NCBI RefSeq assembly: GCF_009914755.1 | Contig: NC_060925.1 | DNA from: the human T2T-CHM13v2.0 reference genome, Homo sapiens | Strand: one strand, 5' to 3' | Length of the DNA: 64,000 nucleotides | Part shown: in pieces, positions 14,242 through 27,571 of the stretch | Layout of the letters: each line of letters starts with the position of its first letter | How positions within the stretch are numbered: position 1 is the stretch's first letter | Notes under the pieces: generated by a model | What the model was told of the DNA's origin: nothing | The model's database searches: none | What the model saw: only the letters and a program-made list of their open reading frames with translations | Program-made: the position numbers and the translations under genes

Positions 14242-14819
14242 TTTAGACCAATGAGGCAGCAGCCTTCTAAGGAGTCAGACTCAGTAAGAAATCTGAAGTC
14301 TAAGATTTTAAAAATGGATATATAGCATATAAAATCAACTTTGATGGGTCCCCATTTAATGAAAACTTGAACTCCTTCATGTGACCTTTCACGAGGTGAC
14401 TCCAGGCTGCCTTGTTGATCTTAACTGTAGACCATGAGACTGCCCATTATTTTCGAATCACATACCCTATAAGGCCTATGCACCTTTGCTCATGCTCCCT
14501 CCTTTGCCTTCTCCTGTCTTGCTAGACTAGTCAAAGTCTGAAAAACAGTAACTCACTTGTACACTAATTTCTGTTGACATTTTACCTTCCCTGTACAGCC
14601 TTCCCTAGAATCTACCTCCACCTCATACTCTAAGTCAGTATCAGTCCTCTCATGCTCTGATATTACTTTGTTAATGCCTCTACTGTATCACTTTGCACAT
14701 GGACTAGATATGATTTACATATCTATATTTCTTTCATATTATAAGCAGGAAATAGGTATTTTATCCAGCACCTTGGACAGTGTGTGCCACAGAGAAGTAC
14801 TCAACAATAATATACTGTT

Positions 14820-15050
14820 TATTAAGAGTCTCTTGCATCCAGCACTATGCTAAGCTCTTACATTCATTATCTTAATTATCACAACTTCCATCTGAGATAT
14901 ACTTTAACTTCCCCATTTTACAGATGAAAGGCCCAGAAAAGTTAAGTAAATTGCTCATGGTGTCATATCCAGTCAGGTGACAAATCTAGAACTCAAACCC
15001 AGTTCTAATGGACTTTGAAGTCTCTGCTCTTGACCTGTTATGTTGCCTCA
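14820..15050 (-). mobile_element. MIR
   Basis: CCCCATTTTACAGATGAAAGGCCCAGAAAAGTTAAGTAAATTGCTCATGGTGTCA...GAACTCAAACCCAG. Confidence 0.8.
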
Positions 15051-15826
15051 TTAATGTAAAATACACAAATGAAATCTGTAGTTGAATTAGGTTATTATCA
15101 TCCCCTGCTGAAGCGTTTGTAGGATCTCTTTTAATTAAAAAAGTAAGAATGGTATGTAGTTAATATCATAAGTGTTCAGAGGTGAAGTGAACCTAAAAGA
15201 CCAACTAATCTAGCTCCCTTGTTTTCTAAAAAATAAAACAGTTGCTATGAGACAGCACTTATTTTTTAACCCAAGACTACACAATTTAAACCCAGACCTT
15301 CTGCTTTCTAGTGGGGTCTTACTGGGTCACCTCTTGCCCAGCACTTTCACAAGGCTGTCACCTATAGTCAAGCTCATTCCGCATCAATGAATAGGCAGAC
15401 TGAATGTCAATCACTTGAATAAATGTGAAAATGAGGTAGTCACAGTAAGTTAAAATCAGGTTTTATCCTTCCAATTAAATGGAATTAATAAGATAAAGTT
15501 GCCTTTGTTTTTATTTTGGAATAATATCTTAGAGTGGGTTTGATGGCCTTCTTCAGGACCTCCCAACTCTCTGACACTAAGCTTACCCTTAATATAGCAC
15601 TTATCACAATGCATTGTCTTTCTTTATTCATCTCTCTCTCTCACTAGATTCTGAGCTCCAAAAGAACATGGACCACATCTATATCTCTATTGGCTAACAT
15701 AGCTTTTGTCACAGAGTTGGCAAAGATGTGAAGACTTAATTAATTATTGCTTTGGGGTTGAACCTAAGAGATGTGATCAAGAGAGATCATCATAGTGACT
15801 CATCTTTTGGTGAGGATATGTGTGTG

Positions 15827-16177
15827 TGTCATAGTTAATTTGGGCTGCTTTAACAAAATACCATAGAGTGGGTGGCTTATAAACAATAGAAATTTATTTC
15901 TCACATTTCTGGAGGATGGGAAGTCCAAGATCAAGGTGCTGGCAAATTAGGTGTCTGGTGAGGGTCCACTTCCTGGTTCATAGATGGCCATCTTCTTCTC
16001 GCTGTGTCCTCACATGACAGAAGGGGCATGGGACTTCAATGAAGACTCTTTTATAAAGGTACTAATCATAATCATGAGGGCTCTACTCTTCCTAAGGCTC
16101 CACCTCCAACTACCATCACATTGGGGATTAGGTTTCAAATAGGAACAGGAAGGAGCATAAACATTGGTTCTAATGCA
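15827..16177 (-). mobile_element. MLT1A-like MaLR solo LTR
   Basis: TGTCATAGTT...GGGCTGCTTTAACAAAATACCATAGA...GGAAGTCCAAGATCAAGGTG; approximate TSD GTGTG/GTGTA. Confidence 0.88.
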
Positions 16178-17689
16178 GTGTATGTGTTATTTGAAACTTA
16201 CTTAAGTAATCACCATCACCATTGCATACTTCTCTGCTCCACAAAGTCCTCTCCTTGGCAAGTTGTTAGAAAATGTCTGTGAATGAGAGTTTGGCAGGTT
16301 TTTTTCTAATCCTGAAAATATTAGGAGGAATCCAGGTGGTCACATTCAGTGTAATCAGTGTTTCTCAGGGAACATTGTGGATGGATGAATGCAGGCTGAT
16401 TATACAGTAAATATTTAATTTTAGATTCTGATTATTTCATATTGACATTTTGGAGCAGTAAATATTTTTATGCTGGATTCAGCCTGTACCATGAAAATAA
16501 CTCCCTCAATGGCAGAGTCTACACATGTAGTTGTATAATTTAATAGTTTCATTTAAAGCATTTTACTTTTAAAATTCTTTCAGATTTGAAAAAACTAATG
16601 TCTTATTTGTGAAGGATCAACCTTAGGCTCTCTAGTCATAGACTAATTAGTCTTTCACTAGGAAAATGAAAGGCCAACTTTTCTAAAAGTCACTATTTTG
16701 ATTTGGGTATTTTCTATTCTTGAGCGCCAGTCACATCCACATGGAAACAGTCATGAAAGAGTTAAAATAGAAACCTGCATGGAGAGACATTAAGAGGATA
16801 GCTTTCATTTTTGCTGGAAAAGGGTGGTTTCAGACATTTACCATTAGGAACTGGAACCACCCTAGAGGGTTGTTGAGAAAATGTTTATTGAGTAATAGGG
16901 GGGCAGGTTTTCAGAGAGAATCAGCTTAAAAGATTTTTTAAATTATGTGTGTGTTGGGGGTGGAAAATGTGTTTACACCATCTGGTCTCTATAAACTAGA
17001 AGTAATTCTGTCTCAAGTATTCATGAGCATTTTATAGAAGGCATTTGAAAAACTCTTTCTCATTACAAGTCCAGCACATCTTCTAACTTCCAGCAGTTAT
17101 AAAAGACCCAAGAAGAGATATTGTGAGATATTATGATTGCCATTTTATGGATGAGCAAATTGACACTCAGAGAGGCCTCGTAACTGACTTAAATGATAAG
17201 ACACTCAAGAATTACTGGAAGACTCTTTTTCCCCACCATGAGCTTCTTTGGCAAGCACATCAGTGTTTCTTGCATCTTATTTACTTGTCCAACTCCTGGA
17301 GCAGTGGAATGACTGATCTAATTGGTAAGGAGGCAAAGAGTAAGCTCTGCTCATCTCTGCTTTTCATCCTCCTTTCTCAGGGGTCAGCGGTCTTGTAGAA
17401 GCCATGAGTTCTCTGTTTCATCAGGCTATCAGTGTTGCCTGGTCCAGGAGTCAGCCTAATTCTGGGATTTCATCAAAGGGTCCACTTGGCTAATAAGGCC
17501 ACTTCCTGTAACTGCTCCTCAGTCACCAATATAAATACTATTTCGGCCTCTGTCTTTATTATTTTATTTCTTAATATCTTCAGAACTCAGCATGAAAATG
17601 GGGTACTATTATTGTTCTCCCCTTGGAGACCCCAAGAATAACTAACAGATAATCAGCATTCAGATTATTCAAAGTTCATACTTGAAAAT

Positions 17690-18090
17690 CACTATTCCAA
17701 TGGTGGCCACAGTAACAATCAGCAAATAATCCATTGGCTTCACTACATTTTCCAGTCTTGCTTGCAGTTGGTTTGAAGCCCTGTTAGTAGCTCTGACCAA
17801 TGGTCTGTGAGAAGAAATGTATGTGTCACTTCTGGGTAGGAACAATGAAAAGCTGATGTAACATGCAACTTCTATTGCACCATATATTGAGATAGTGGCA
17901 TTACAATTTCTATGAAGCAGGAAGCCCAGAGATCCTGGATTCTCAAGTGACCACATGGAACAGTCTCTGTTCCCTAACACTGGGCTTCATGCAAGTAAGA
18001 AAAACCAAACTTTGGCATGTCAATACCTACCTCCAGAGATTTGGGGATATTTTATTTCAACAGCAGAACATAGTCAAGCCTAACTAATTT
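17690..18090 (+). mobile_element. Old MLT1 (I/J-like) LTR
   Basis: ACTACATTTTCCAGTCTTGCTTGCAGTT...TGACCAATGG...TGTGTCACTTCTGGG...GAGATTTGGGG...CCTAACTAAT. Confidence 0.7.
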
Positions 18091-19751
18091 ACCTAATATA
18101 ACTCAGAAGGAATTGTCTAAGAAAATAAGGGCGAAGGTAGGTTCTAGAGGTGGACAACGTAACACAAGGCTAACATAGAAACAGCACAGTAAATAAGGAA
18201 GCTCTACAGAGTCGTGATAAAATAAGTGTCAGCTTAATCACTCCTTAATAAGGGCTTCCCTGGTACATTAGCTATTACCATATACCTGTCTCAGTCTCCC
18301 ACTCAACTCCAATTGCTTTGAGGACAAGGTTGATATCACAACTATCTCTATGTCCTCAATGCCCAGCACAGTTCCTGAAGCATGTCATATTGTCACTATA
18401 CGACTGTTGAGCAGAAGCGAAATGAAGCATTGATAATGAATACCAGCGCTGCAGTGGAGTTATTATGCTTTTGTATTATTTGTAATTATCATTAGCATAA
18501 ATTATACATCTATTCAGCACAAATATATACATATATTTATGTTTAAATTAACTATTTAATAAACTGAATATAGTTCATTATATAATAATCAGCCTTTTAT
18601 TTTAAACAGGCATTTGTGCTTCAGTGGTCAAGCCCATCAGCATAATTAATTCAGATTGCCCAAGTGAGGGACAGGAATAAAGCTTTGTGCTTTGAAGATT
18701 ATTAATAGAAACGTGCAAAACTTCAAGAAGAAATAGAAACAAATTTGGGGCTGGAAGGGACAGACAGTTAAGCCAGTAGCAAAACAGCACCCAGAAGTAG
18801 AGAACAATGCTTTAGACAATAATTCTGTGTGTGTGCAAGGACCAAGAGTTAAGGACTGGAGCCAGAGTTACAACTGAGGCTATCCTGGGATAAACATAGC
18901 ATTTAAGGAATGAAGTGGAGCTCATTATATGGGGAGACAAGCCAGCAAGACATAGCAACATAGGGCAGGGAGGCTTTGCTACAGCATGCAGAAGTTGTGT
19001 GGCCAGGTGATGAAGGACGAGCAGAGCTGTTCTGATGCAAGTGCCTACAAGGCATTGTGGAGAACCTGCTGCAGCAAGCAGACACCAGGGCCCTTTCCAT
19101 TCAGGAAGAGAAGACCTTCTGTTCAAAATATTTAAGACCCAAAGCTCTTTGACAATCAAGAAGCAGATAAGAATGATCGAGTCTCAGTAGAGAAATACTG
19201 GATTTCATACCAATCTGATCAAAGGAGGCTCCAGATGGCTTTAGTTCAAATTAAACATATGAAACAGATAGGATAGCTCTTATATACCAAGGCATGCAGC
19301 AATTCCTGTTACATTTTTAAGTCAGTGACTTAGATGAGCAATGGATTACAAAGAGACATTTGGTAAGGCCCTTGCCCCTGAGAACTCAACCATCTAGCTG
19401 GGAAAAGAAGAGGGCAGCACCAGAAAACGATAACTATTGGCCCAAGGGAAAAATCTCAAGTCCTCAGCTTGGCATCCTTGACTGTTAATGATATGCCTCA
19501 AAATTACATCTCTTTCATTTTCTACCATTACTCACCTCCCAATTCTGGTGAAATTTTTGCTGATCTCCAAATATGCCATGCCTTTCAATGGGCTTTAAGT
19601 GCTATCTCCTCCGCTTGGAATGACTTTTCTCTGTTTGCCCAAGAAATTCCTATTCAACCTGCAAGAACTAGTTCTAATTTCTCCTTTCTCTAAAGCTTTT
19701 CTGATTCTCTCAAGGGGAACTGGAACATACAGAAAGAGAAAGAGAGAAGGA

Positions 19752-20138
19752 GGCTATGGATTAAACTGCGTTCTCCTCCCAAATTCATGTATTGAAGCCC
19801 TAAGCTCCATTGTGACTGTATATGGAGATAGGGCTGACAAGAAGGTAATTAAGGTTAAGTGAGGTCATAAGGGTGGGGCACTGATTTGATAGGAGATAGG
19901 AACAGTGTCCTTATAAGAAGAGACAACAGAAAGCTCTCTCTGGCCCTCTCTCCACCATGTAAGAACACAGCAAGAAGGTGGCCACCTGTGAAACAGAAAG
20001 AGAGGCCTTACTAGAAACCAATCCTGATGATACCTTGATCTTGGACTTTAGCTTCCAGAACTTTGAGAAAAATAAAATGGCTGTCTTAAGCCACCAGTCT
20101 ATGGTATTTTGTCATGGCAGCCCAAGTGGACTAATACA
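19752..20138 (+). mobile_element. MLT1A-like MaLR solo LTR
   Basis: GCTATGGATTAAACTG...CCAAATTCATGTATTGAAGCCCTAA...TTAAGCCACCAGTCTATGGTATTTTGTCATGGCAGCCCAAGTGGACTAATACA. Confidence 0.9.
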
Positions 20139-20149
20139 GTCACTGTCTC

Positions 20150-20320
20150 TCTTTCTTTACATTAAGTCCTTCAGTGACCCTAACACCTGAGTAGTAGGCA
20201 TCATCCCCTCTTTCACAGAAAGGAGACCAAGGCTCAAGAGACAATGACAACGTCCTATAGACACACGGTGGTTGAGATCTGAACCTGGGTCTGTGTGACT
20301 GGAAGGCCTGTGCTCTTTCC
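20150..20320 (-). mobile_element. MIR
   Basis: CATCCCCTCTTTCACAGAAAGGAGACCAAGGCTCA...TGAACCTGGGTCTGTGTGACT. Confidence 0.7.
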
Positions 20321-20772
20321 TCCCTATATTTCTGCATTCCAGGCCTTCCTCTGGACCGCCACAACACTATGTGCACACCTTGGGTGACAGTAGCATTCAT
20401 ACCACGTGGCAATGATCTGTTTTCCCCACAAAACCATGCAAAAAATTACTCTTAAATAATAGAATTGCTTAGCTGAGATACTCTGAACGACCAACTGATA
20501 ATTAGAATTAATTAGAGATATTCACTGCAATTATTATAGAAATCAGAGGCATGGGGAAATCCTTTGGGTTGGGAAGGGTATACCTTCAGTCAAAAGAAAT
20601 ATGGATTGAGTGCTCATTCTTTGCAAGGTACTGTTATTCATTGGGAGCAAAGAAGAATAAGATAGTACCAGCCCTCAAGGAGCTCATAGTTGAGTAGAAG
20701 TAAAATACTAATTATTTGTCCACGGGTATCATTTGTTTGGGATCTGGTAGGTTATATTAGAATCATGAGTAT

Positions 20773-20934
20773 GGCAATTCTCAGCTACACGTTGGAATCA
20801 TCTGGAAAACTTTAGAAAACATTGATGTCTGGGTACTGCTTCTAGAGGCTTGGTTCAATTGGTCTAGGGTATGGTTTGGAGTTCAAAAAGCTTCCTAAGT
20901 GATTCTGATGTGCAGACAAGGTTGAAAATCCACA
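20773..20934. mobile_element. MER5A-like hAT-Charlie MITE
   Basis: TTCTCAGCTACACGTTGGAATCATCTGGA...AAGCTTCCTAAGTGATTCTGATGTGCAG. Confidence 0.75.
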
Positions 20935-21592
20935 GACATGAAACCTAGAAGGGGGAGGAGACTCCAGGATTCATAGAAAGAAGTAGAGAAAGAGGAAGGG
21001 AAAGAGCAAAGCAGAGGCACATATGGGCAACATTTACTACCATGCTGCATTTAACAGCATTTAACAAGTGCCCATATTGTGAGAGGCATTGCAGAGGACC
21101 CATTAATCCACTCAGAGAGCATGCATTGAGAACTAAAACAAACAACAGTAAACTCAAACGCTGTTGTTTATTTAGTGAATGCCTTTCAAGGGGCTGTAAG
21201 TACTAGAAAGACATTATCTTAATAAGCTCCCATCATCCTTGCCAGGTAGGGGGCAGGTTAGGCTTTTATTAAATGATGCCATATTGAAGAACATTCTTTG
21301 CTTGCCTCAATAACTAATGTAATATAAACTATGGGGACCAGTTAGTCACTTAACATCATAAAGGCTGTAATTCAGCATAGCAGAGAAATACCTCTAGAGA
21401 TGGGACCTCAGGGGGTAGACTAGGAAAAGAGGCCTGAGGAAGGCTGGAGGGTATTGTTGGAGAGAAAACAGAAGCAATAAAGTAGTATTGATGTGATGAT
21501 TATTAATAGTATTATTAGCCTTACAATGCCAAGCATCTCGCTTAGTATTTTCCATGTATCTTCTCTGGCATTCGTCCAGTGAGGCAACTGTT

Positions 21593-21899
21593 TTTTTTTT
21601 TTTTTTTTCTTTGTTTTTTGGAGTCTTGCTCTGTCACCCAGGCTGGAGTACAGTGAAGAGATCTTGGCTCACTGCAAACTTCGCCTCCCGGGTTCACACC
21701 ATTCTCCTGCCACAGCCTCCTGAGTAGCTGCGACTACAAGCGCCTGCCACCATGCCCGGCTAATTTTTTTTTTGTATTTTTCGTAGAGATGGGATTTCAC
21801 TGTGTTAGCCAGGAAGGTCTCGATCTTCTGACCTCGTGATCCGCCTGCCTCGGCCTCCCAAAGTGCTAGGATTACAGGCATGAACCACCGCACCTGGCC
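21593..21899 (-). mobile_element. AluY inserted in a MIR (about 21500-22050)
   Basis: CGCCTCCCGGGTTCACACCATTCTCC; GACCTCGTGATCCGCC; TSD GTGAGGCAACTGTT at 21579 and 21904. Confidence 0.95.
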
Positions 21900-22659
21900 A
21901 CCTGTGAGGCAACTGTTATCTTCATTTTCTAGAGAATGAATATGGTATACAGAGAAGTTTAACAACTTGCTCAAATAGCTCCTAAGTGGCCAAGTTTTGA
22001 ATCTAGATCTGATCTGAATGAGACCCCATAGCCCATTCTCTTAATCTTCTGTAGGTGTTCTCTCAAGGGAGGATGAGGTAGGGAGACAAAGTTGTTGGCG
22101 AGGGTGAGATAAAAAAACTAAGATTCCTCTCCACATCTTGAAATCAGAAAAGGTTCTGTACATGGATTATTTCAATAATAAGTGGGCAGCTGATAGCTAA
22201 AGGCACCTATTAACTGTGGAATAGGCTGAAGACTCCAGAACAGGGAATGTGGACAAGATTGTAGGTAGAAGCACACGCTCTTCATCATCTTTAGCCACTC
22301 TGAGAGCATCGTTCACAGTCCTCAGGCCAGGGCCATGCAGGTGAGATATGGGAGAAAAGTGTTGTTACCAAATAAGAACCACTGAATTAATGCTAAAGTT
22401 TATGTTCTGAATATTTAAACTTCATCTAATATTGTTTTAGTAGTGCTTGTAAGCCATGAATTAGGTTCAACACAAGCACAAGCACACGCACACACGCCTG
22501 TTTAGCATATTCCAGGCCATCATATATATAATTATGCATAGAAAACAAAGTGGGAGAGACATATAATTTTCATTCTAAGCCTTTGGGAATAGCAACAGGA
22601 AGCAGAGTTTCTGGATTAAACTGAACATCAGCCTACTCCTTCGCTTTTCAAGTTTAAGA

Positions 22660-22870
22660 TGAGTCAGGCACTGTACTAAGTTCCTTGAAGATATCATCTC
22701 ATTTAGCTAACATGGTAACCCCATGAGGTTGGTACTGTCACTGGCTTTACTTTGTTCATATAATGTAAACTTAAGAGGTGAAATGGCTCATTCAAGGTCA
22801 CATAGCTTGTAAATAGGTGAATGGGAATTAGAACCCAGTTCTTCCTGACTCCAAGGTCCATACTATGTTA
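22660..22870 (-). mobile_element. MIR
   Basis: CAGGCACTGTACTAAG...AGAGGTGAAATGGCTCATTCAAGGTCACATAGCTTGTAAAT...GAACCCAG. Confidence 0.8.
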
Positions 22871-23111
22871 TGATGGAAATAGCAATGTGGTAAATGTAAT
22901 CTTTCCACATGCAATTACGGTCTTACAGTTTTTCATTTTCTGAAAATTCAATATGAGAAAACAGCACTAGGTGGCAGCTACAAAAGCAAATGTGGGCTAT
23001 ACAGTGAAATTAGGATCGAAGATAGAAAAGAAAAGTCCAAGGTACTCAGCAATGGCTGGTTCTTAGCTGGGAACTATACTTCAGCTTTGAGCCTACACTT
23101 TAGAGGAATGG

Positions 23112-23572
23112 TGTATTAGTTTTCTATTGCTGTTATAACAAATTATTGCAAGTTTTGTGCCTTAAAACAACACAAATTTTATATCTCACAGTTCTATGGT
23201 TCAGAAGTCTGACACAGGTCTCACTGGGCTAAAATCAAGATGTCAGGAGAGGTGCATTCCTTTCTGAAGACTCCAGGAGAGAATGTTTCCTTCCTTTTCC
23301 ATTGTTTGTAGGCCGCCCAGATTTCTAGGCTTGTGTTCTCCTTCCCTTATCTTCAAAGCTAGTGATGATGAGTGAGGCTTCTCATATCACATCACTTCAT
23401 CACTCCAATGATTTGTTTTCAACAGTATCTCTCTTTCTCTGACCCATATTATGCTCCCCTCTTCCACTTTTAAGGACTCTTGTGACTACATCGAGCTGAA
23501 GTTTATTTCATCTTAAGGTCAGCTGTTGGGATTCTTCATTCTATTTTGAAACTACATTCTCCTTTGCCATGT
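23112..23572 (-). mobile_element. MLT1D-like MaLR LTR
   Basis: TGTATTAGTTTTCTATTGCTGTTATAACAAATT...TCACTGGGCTAAAATCAAGATGTCAG. Confidence 0.85.
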
Positions 23573-23813
23573 GTCTTAGTCCAACTAGAATGATGTCTAA
23601 GGATGTGAGAAGATGGTTGAAAACCATGCGATAGTACAGCAAGTCTTATACTGAAAAGCAACAGTTCCCTGCCTACTTCCTTCCCCCAATCTAATTTTCA
23701 GAAGTAAGTAATTTTAACCTATTGTTGTGGTTTCAAAGTGGGTATTTCTGTAGGTCACATCAGTATCTCTGAATGGAATGCTTAGCAAGTTCTTGATCAT
23801 CTTCTCCCTCTAT

Positions 23814-24290
23814 TGCATTAGTTTCCTAGGGCTAAGATAAGAAAGTTCCACAAACTGGATGACTTAAAATAATAGAAATTTATTGTCCAACATTCTGGAG
23901 GCTAGAAGTTTGAGACCAAGATGTCAGCAGTATCATACTGCCTCTGAACTTTGTAGGAGAGAATCCTCCTTTACATTTTTCTAGCTTCTGGTGGCTTGCA
24001 GGCAACTCATGGCATTCCTTGACTTGCAGCTACATAACTCCAATCTCTGCCTTCATCGTCACATGGTATTCTCCCCTTTGCATCTCTTGGTCTTCAGATG
24101 ACTGTCTTCTTATAAGGAAACCAGTTGTATTGGATTAGGGGACTATCTTATGCCAGCATTACCACTTCTTAATTTAATTAACTACATCTGCAAAAACTCT
24201 ATTTCCAAATAAGGTCATTTTCTAAGGTACTGGGTACTTGGACTTCAAGATATCTTTTTGTTGGGGGTGGGGAAAAAACTTTAACCCATT
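23814..24290 (-). mobile_element. MLT1C-like MaLR LTR
   Basis: TGCATTAGTTTCCTAGGGCT...ACTCCAATCTCTGCCTTCATCGTCACATGG...CTATTTCCAAATAAGGTCA. Confidence 0.85.
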
Positions 24291-24393
24291 TCTCTATATA
24301 TTTCTGCAGTGGCCAATCAGGATATTAGGAAAAGTGAATGGAGTAACCATGGGTCTTTAAATAAGGAAATAAATAAAATCTCTTCTTCCATTT

Positions 24394-24431
24394 GGTACTT
24401 CTCTCACTTGGTACCAAATGGGAGAAGTACC
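24394..24431. repeat. 38-bp imperfect palindrome centred on GGTACC
   Basis: GGTACTTCTCTCACTTGGT|ACCAAATGGGAGAAGTACC; 2 mismatched pairs of 19. Confidence 0.9.
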
Positions 24432-26499
24432 CATTTGGTACTACATATGGTGAAGAAATAAAAAGAATATAAACCCACAACTATGTCAAACATGAAAAGG
24501 GAACTGTCAGTAGATAAGACATTTTAAAATTCTCTGAAAAATAGAGAGGAGGGAGTACTGATTACTGATGAATGAAGAAAGTCTGCCTGCACTGCTGAGT
24601 TCCTGAAAGTTTCCATGCTTGGGAAAGTAAGTGTGATAGAAGATGTGGAATGAGTTGTGAGGATGAAAATGGGAAGATTAATTAGAAACCTGTAGATAGA
24701 AGAGTCAGTCAGCCCCATGCCTCAAAGCCAGCACTAAGAAGCCAGCTGCCAGGCATCTGCCCCAGTAAAGTCCCTGCTTGGTTGTCTCAGCAACACCTGC
24801 CAGCCTGTGGGCCCCACCTACCTCCTCACAGCCCTTAATAGGCTTCCGAACATCTCATTCAGAAACAGAAGTAGGCAGCCAGGGGTGATTAGAGAGCTGA
24901 GGAACACCAGCAACAATAAAGTGAAAGATCATAATATATTGCCACAAAGGTGTAAACATGGAAGGGATAGAAATATTCAGGAATCAAAAGAGAATTTTTA
25001 AAACATCCAATTAGTTTCCTTTAAAACAGTCAAGAACATATTGCAACCATTAAACATAAGAAGCACTTTAAAAAAATGGGTAAAAATAGAACAAACTCTT
25101 GGCTATTAAAATATGATTGCAAAGAAAACAGTACAAGAAAAATCTCTAGTAGCATAAGAAAATAAAGTTAAAGAAATAAATTGAAGAAAAAAGCAGATAA
25201 AAGACAAGATGGCCTACTAGATGCAGCCAGGAGTGCTGCTCCCACTGACAGAGAACAAATTATGGAATAAACCAACATAATTTGGGCAGGTCTATGGAGA
25301 CAAAACATGGAGAGTGGATGGAAAGGTGACACTAATGATGAGGCTGAAGTGGGAAGAAGCTGGGAACCCTGCACAAGGTACCTGAATGGCTCCTGGGAAA
25401 GGAGTGAATAAGGAGACCAAGGGATAGCCCATTCTCACCACAGACCACTGGGATTCTAGACACAGGGGACCCTGTGTCCCCCATGGGCATGTGAACTGGC
25501 AAGGGGCTTTGCCCAGGGGTAGGCAGAGACAAGGCTTCAGCCAGGGTGTATGTAGCCCAGGAGCTTTTGTGTGGGGGGAAGCTCCAGTGGAGCGCAGCCA
25601 TAGGTGTCCATCCCCCAGGACTTCCCATATCCCTCTGAGAGGCTTTAGCCTCAGTTGACTGCCAGACAGGAGAGAACAGGGATAGCTTTCCTGCAGGACT
25701 GGGATGTCTATTTTGCAGACCCTCCTGCCTACTAGCCCCTCCCAGGGCCCTGTCTAGCTTCCCTGCAGGAATGAGTACACAGGACAGCCTCTGCAGCCCA
25801 GCCTGAGTACCCTGCTCTGCCTGAATAATTTCTTGGTGATCTGGCAGTAGTTTGGATCCCCAAGCACAGAGAGAGCCTGATCCTGAGCCACAGGCCATCC
25901 TGGCATCCCAGCACTGTAGCATCCAGCTTAAGAGTGCCAAGCCAAGATCTGTGGCCCGCATTTGAGCAGAGGAGGAGCCCCTACTCTTAGAACACTGAGA
26001 GGTGTGAGACATGTGGGTTCATGGGCTGGCGTGGGAGCAAGGCATGCCTCCCTCTGCTGGGCCTGTCTTGAAAGAACGTGGTCTATCTCCCTGCTGTGTC
26101 CTCTGCCCGAGCGAGCCCCACAACCTGGCACACTAACAAAAGAAACATGAGTGCAGTGTCAGTGATGGGAGGGGGCTCCCTGAAAGGCCAGGAGTGAACC
26201 TGCTGAGTGGGTCATCTCTCCCCACCCTCCACCACACAGCACACCTGTGAATGCAAGGAAATACAAAAGAGCCATGTGGCTGAATAAGACCTTATCTACT
26301 GGCCACTACTCTTAAGCTTCACCTACTGGATTGCAGCCCAAACTACAACACCAAAAATATATATCCTTGTGAAACCAAGCATAAGAATTCATCCACAAAT
26401 AAAGATCTTGTACAGAGCCTTTGCCCTCTAAGAGCATCCAAAAATGAATACAATTGACTATCCTCAACTTATGCCACAGTGAAAGGAACACCAGCGCTC

Positions 26500-27500
26500 T
26501 ACCAAGATGAAAAAGAGTCAGTGCAAGAACTCTGGCAGTTAAAAAAGCAAGAGTATCTCCTTACCTCCAAATGAGGCCACCAGCTACCCAGCAGTGGTTG
26601 TCAATCAGACTGAAATGACAGACATAGAGTTCAGAATCTGGATGACAAGGAAGCTCAATGAGATTCAGGAGAAAATTGAAACCAATCCAAAGAATCCAGT
26701 AAAACAATCCAAGAGCTGAAAGACAAAATTGCCAGTTTAGTAAACAACAAAACAGAACTTCTGGAACTGGAAAATTAACTTCAAGAATTTTATAATACAA
26801 TTGGAAGTATTAACAGCAGAATAGATGACCAAGCTGAGGAAATAATCTCAGAGCTTAAAGACTGGTTATTTGAATCAACTCAGTCAGACAAAAATAAAGA
26901 AAAAGGAATTAAACAAATGAAAAAAACCTTCAAGAAATGTGGCATTATGTAAAGAGACCAAACTTATGACTCATTGATATTCCTGAGAGAAAAGAAAAGA
27001 AAGTAAGCAACTTGGAAAATACAAGTTTGAGGATATAGTCTATGAAAATTTCCCTATTATAGCTAGAGAGGTTGACATTCAAATTCAAGAAATACAGTTG
27101 ACCCTGGCTAGATACTATGCAAGATGACTATCTCCAAGGCACATACTCATCAGATTCACTAAGGTCAATGCAAAATAAAAAAAAAATCTTAAAGGCAGCT
27201 AGAGAGAAGGGTCAGGTCATATACAAAGGGAACTCTATCAGGCTGGCAGCACAACTGTCAGCAGAAACTTTAAAAACCAGAAGAGATTGGGGATCTATTT
27301 TCAGTATCCTTAAAAAAAGAAATTCTAACCAATAATTTCATATCCCACCAAACTAAGCTTCATAAACTAAAATTATTCTCAGAAAAGCAAATGCCAAGGG
27401 AATTCATTACAACTAGATCAGTCACACAAGAGCAAAAAGTCCTTAAGGTAGTGCTAAACAGAATCAAAAGAATGACACCTTCTACCACAAAAACGCACTT
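26500..27500 (+). pseudogene. L1 ORF1p remnant (disrupted)
   Basis: ORF 27117-27335 reads KKILKAAREKGQVIYKGNSIRLAAQLSAETL, the ORF1p C-terminal region; many stops and frameshifts; limits approximate. Confidence 0.85.
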
Positions 27501-27571
27501 AAACACATAGCCCACAGAAACTGTAAAGCAACTACAAAATCAAGTCTACATGACAACCAGCTACCATCACA

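Noticed and set aside
25332-26012. Longest ORF in the window (226 aa, minus strand)
   Set aside because: Lies antisense in the GC-rich L1 5'UTR, where stops are rare. It has no recognisable domain, and I cannot equate it with ORF0 of young L1PA elements.
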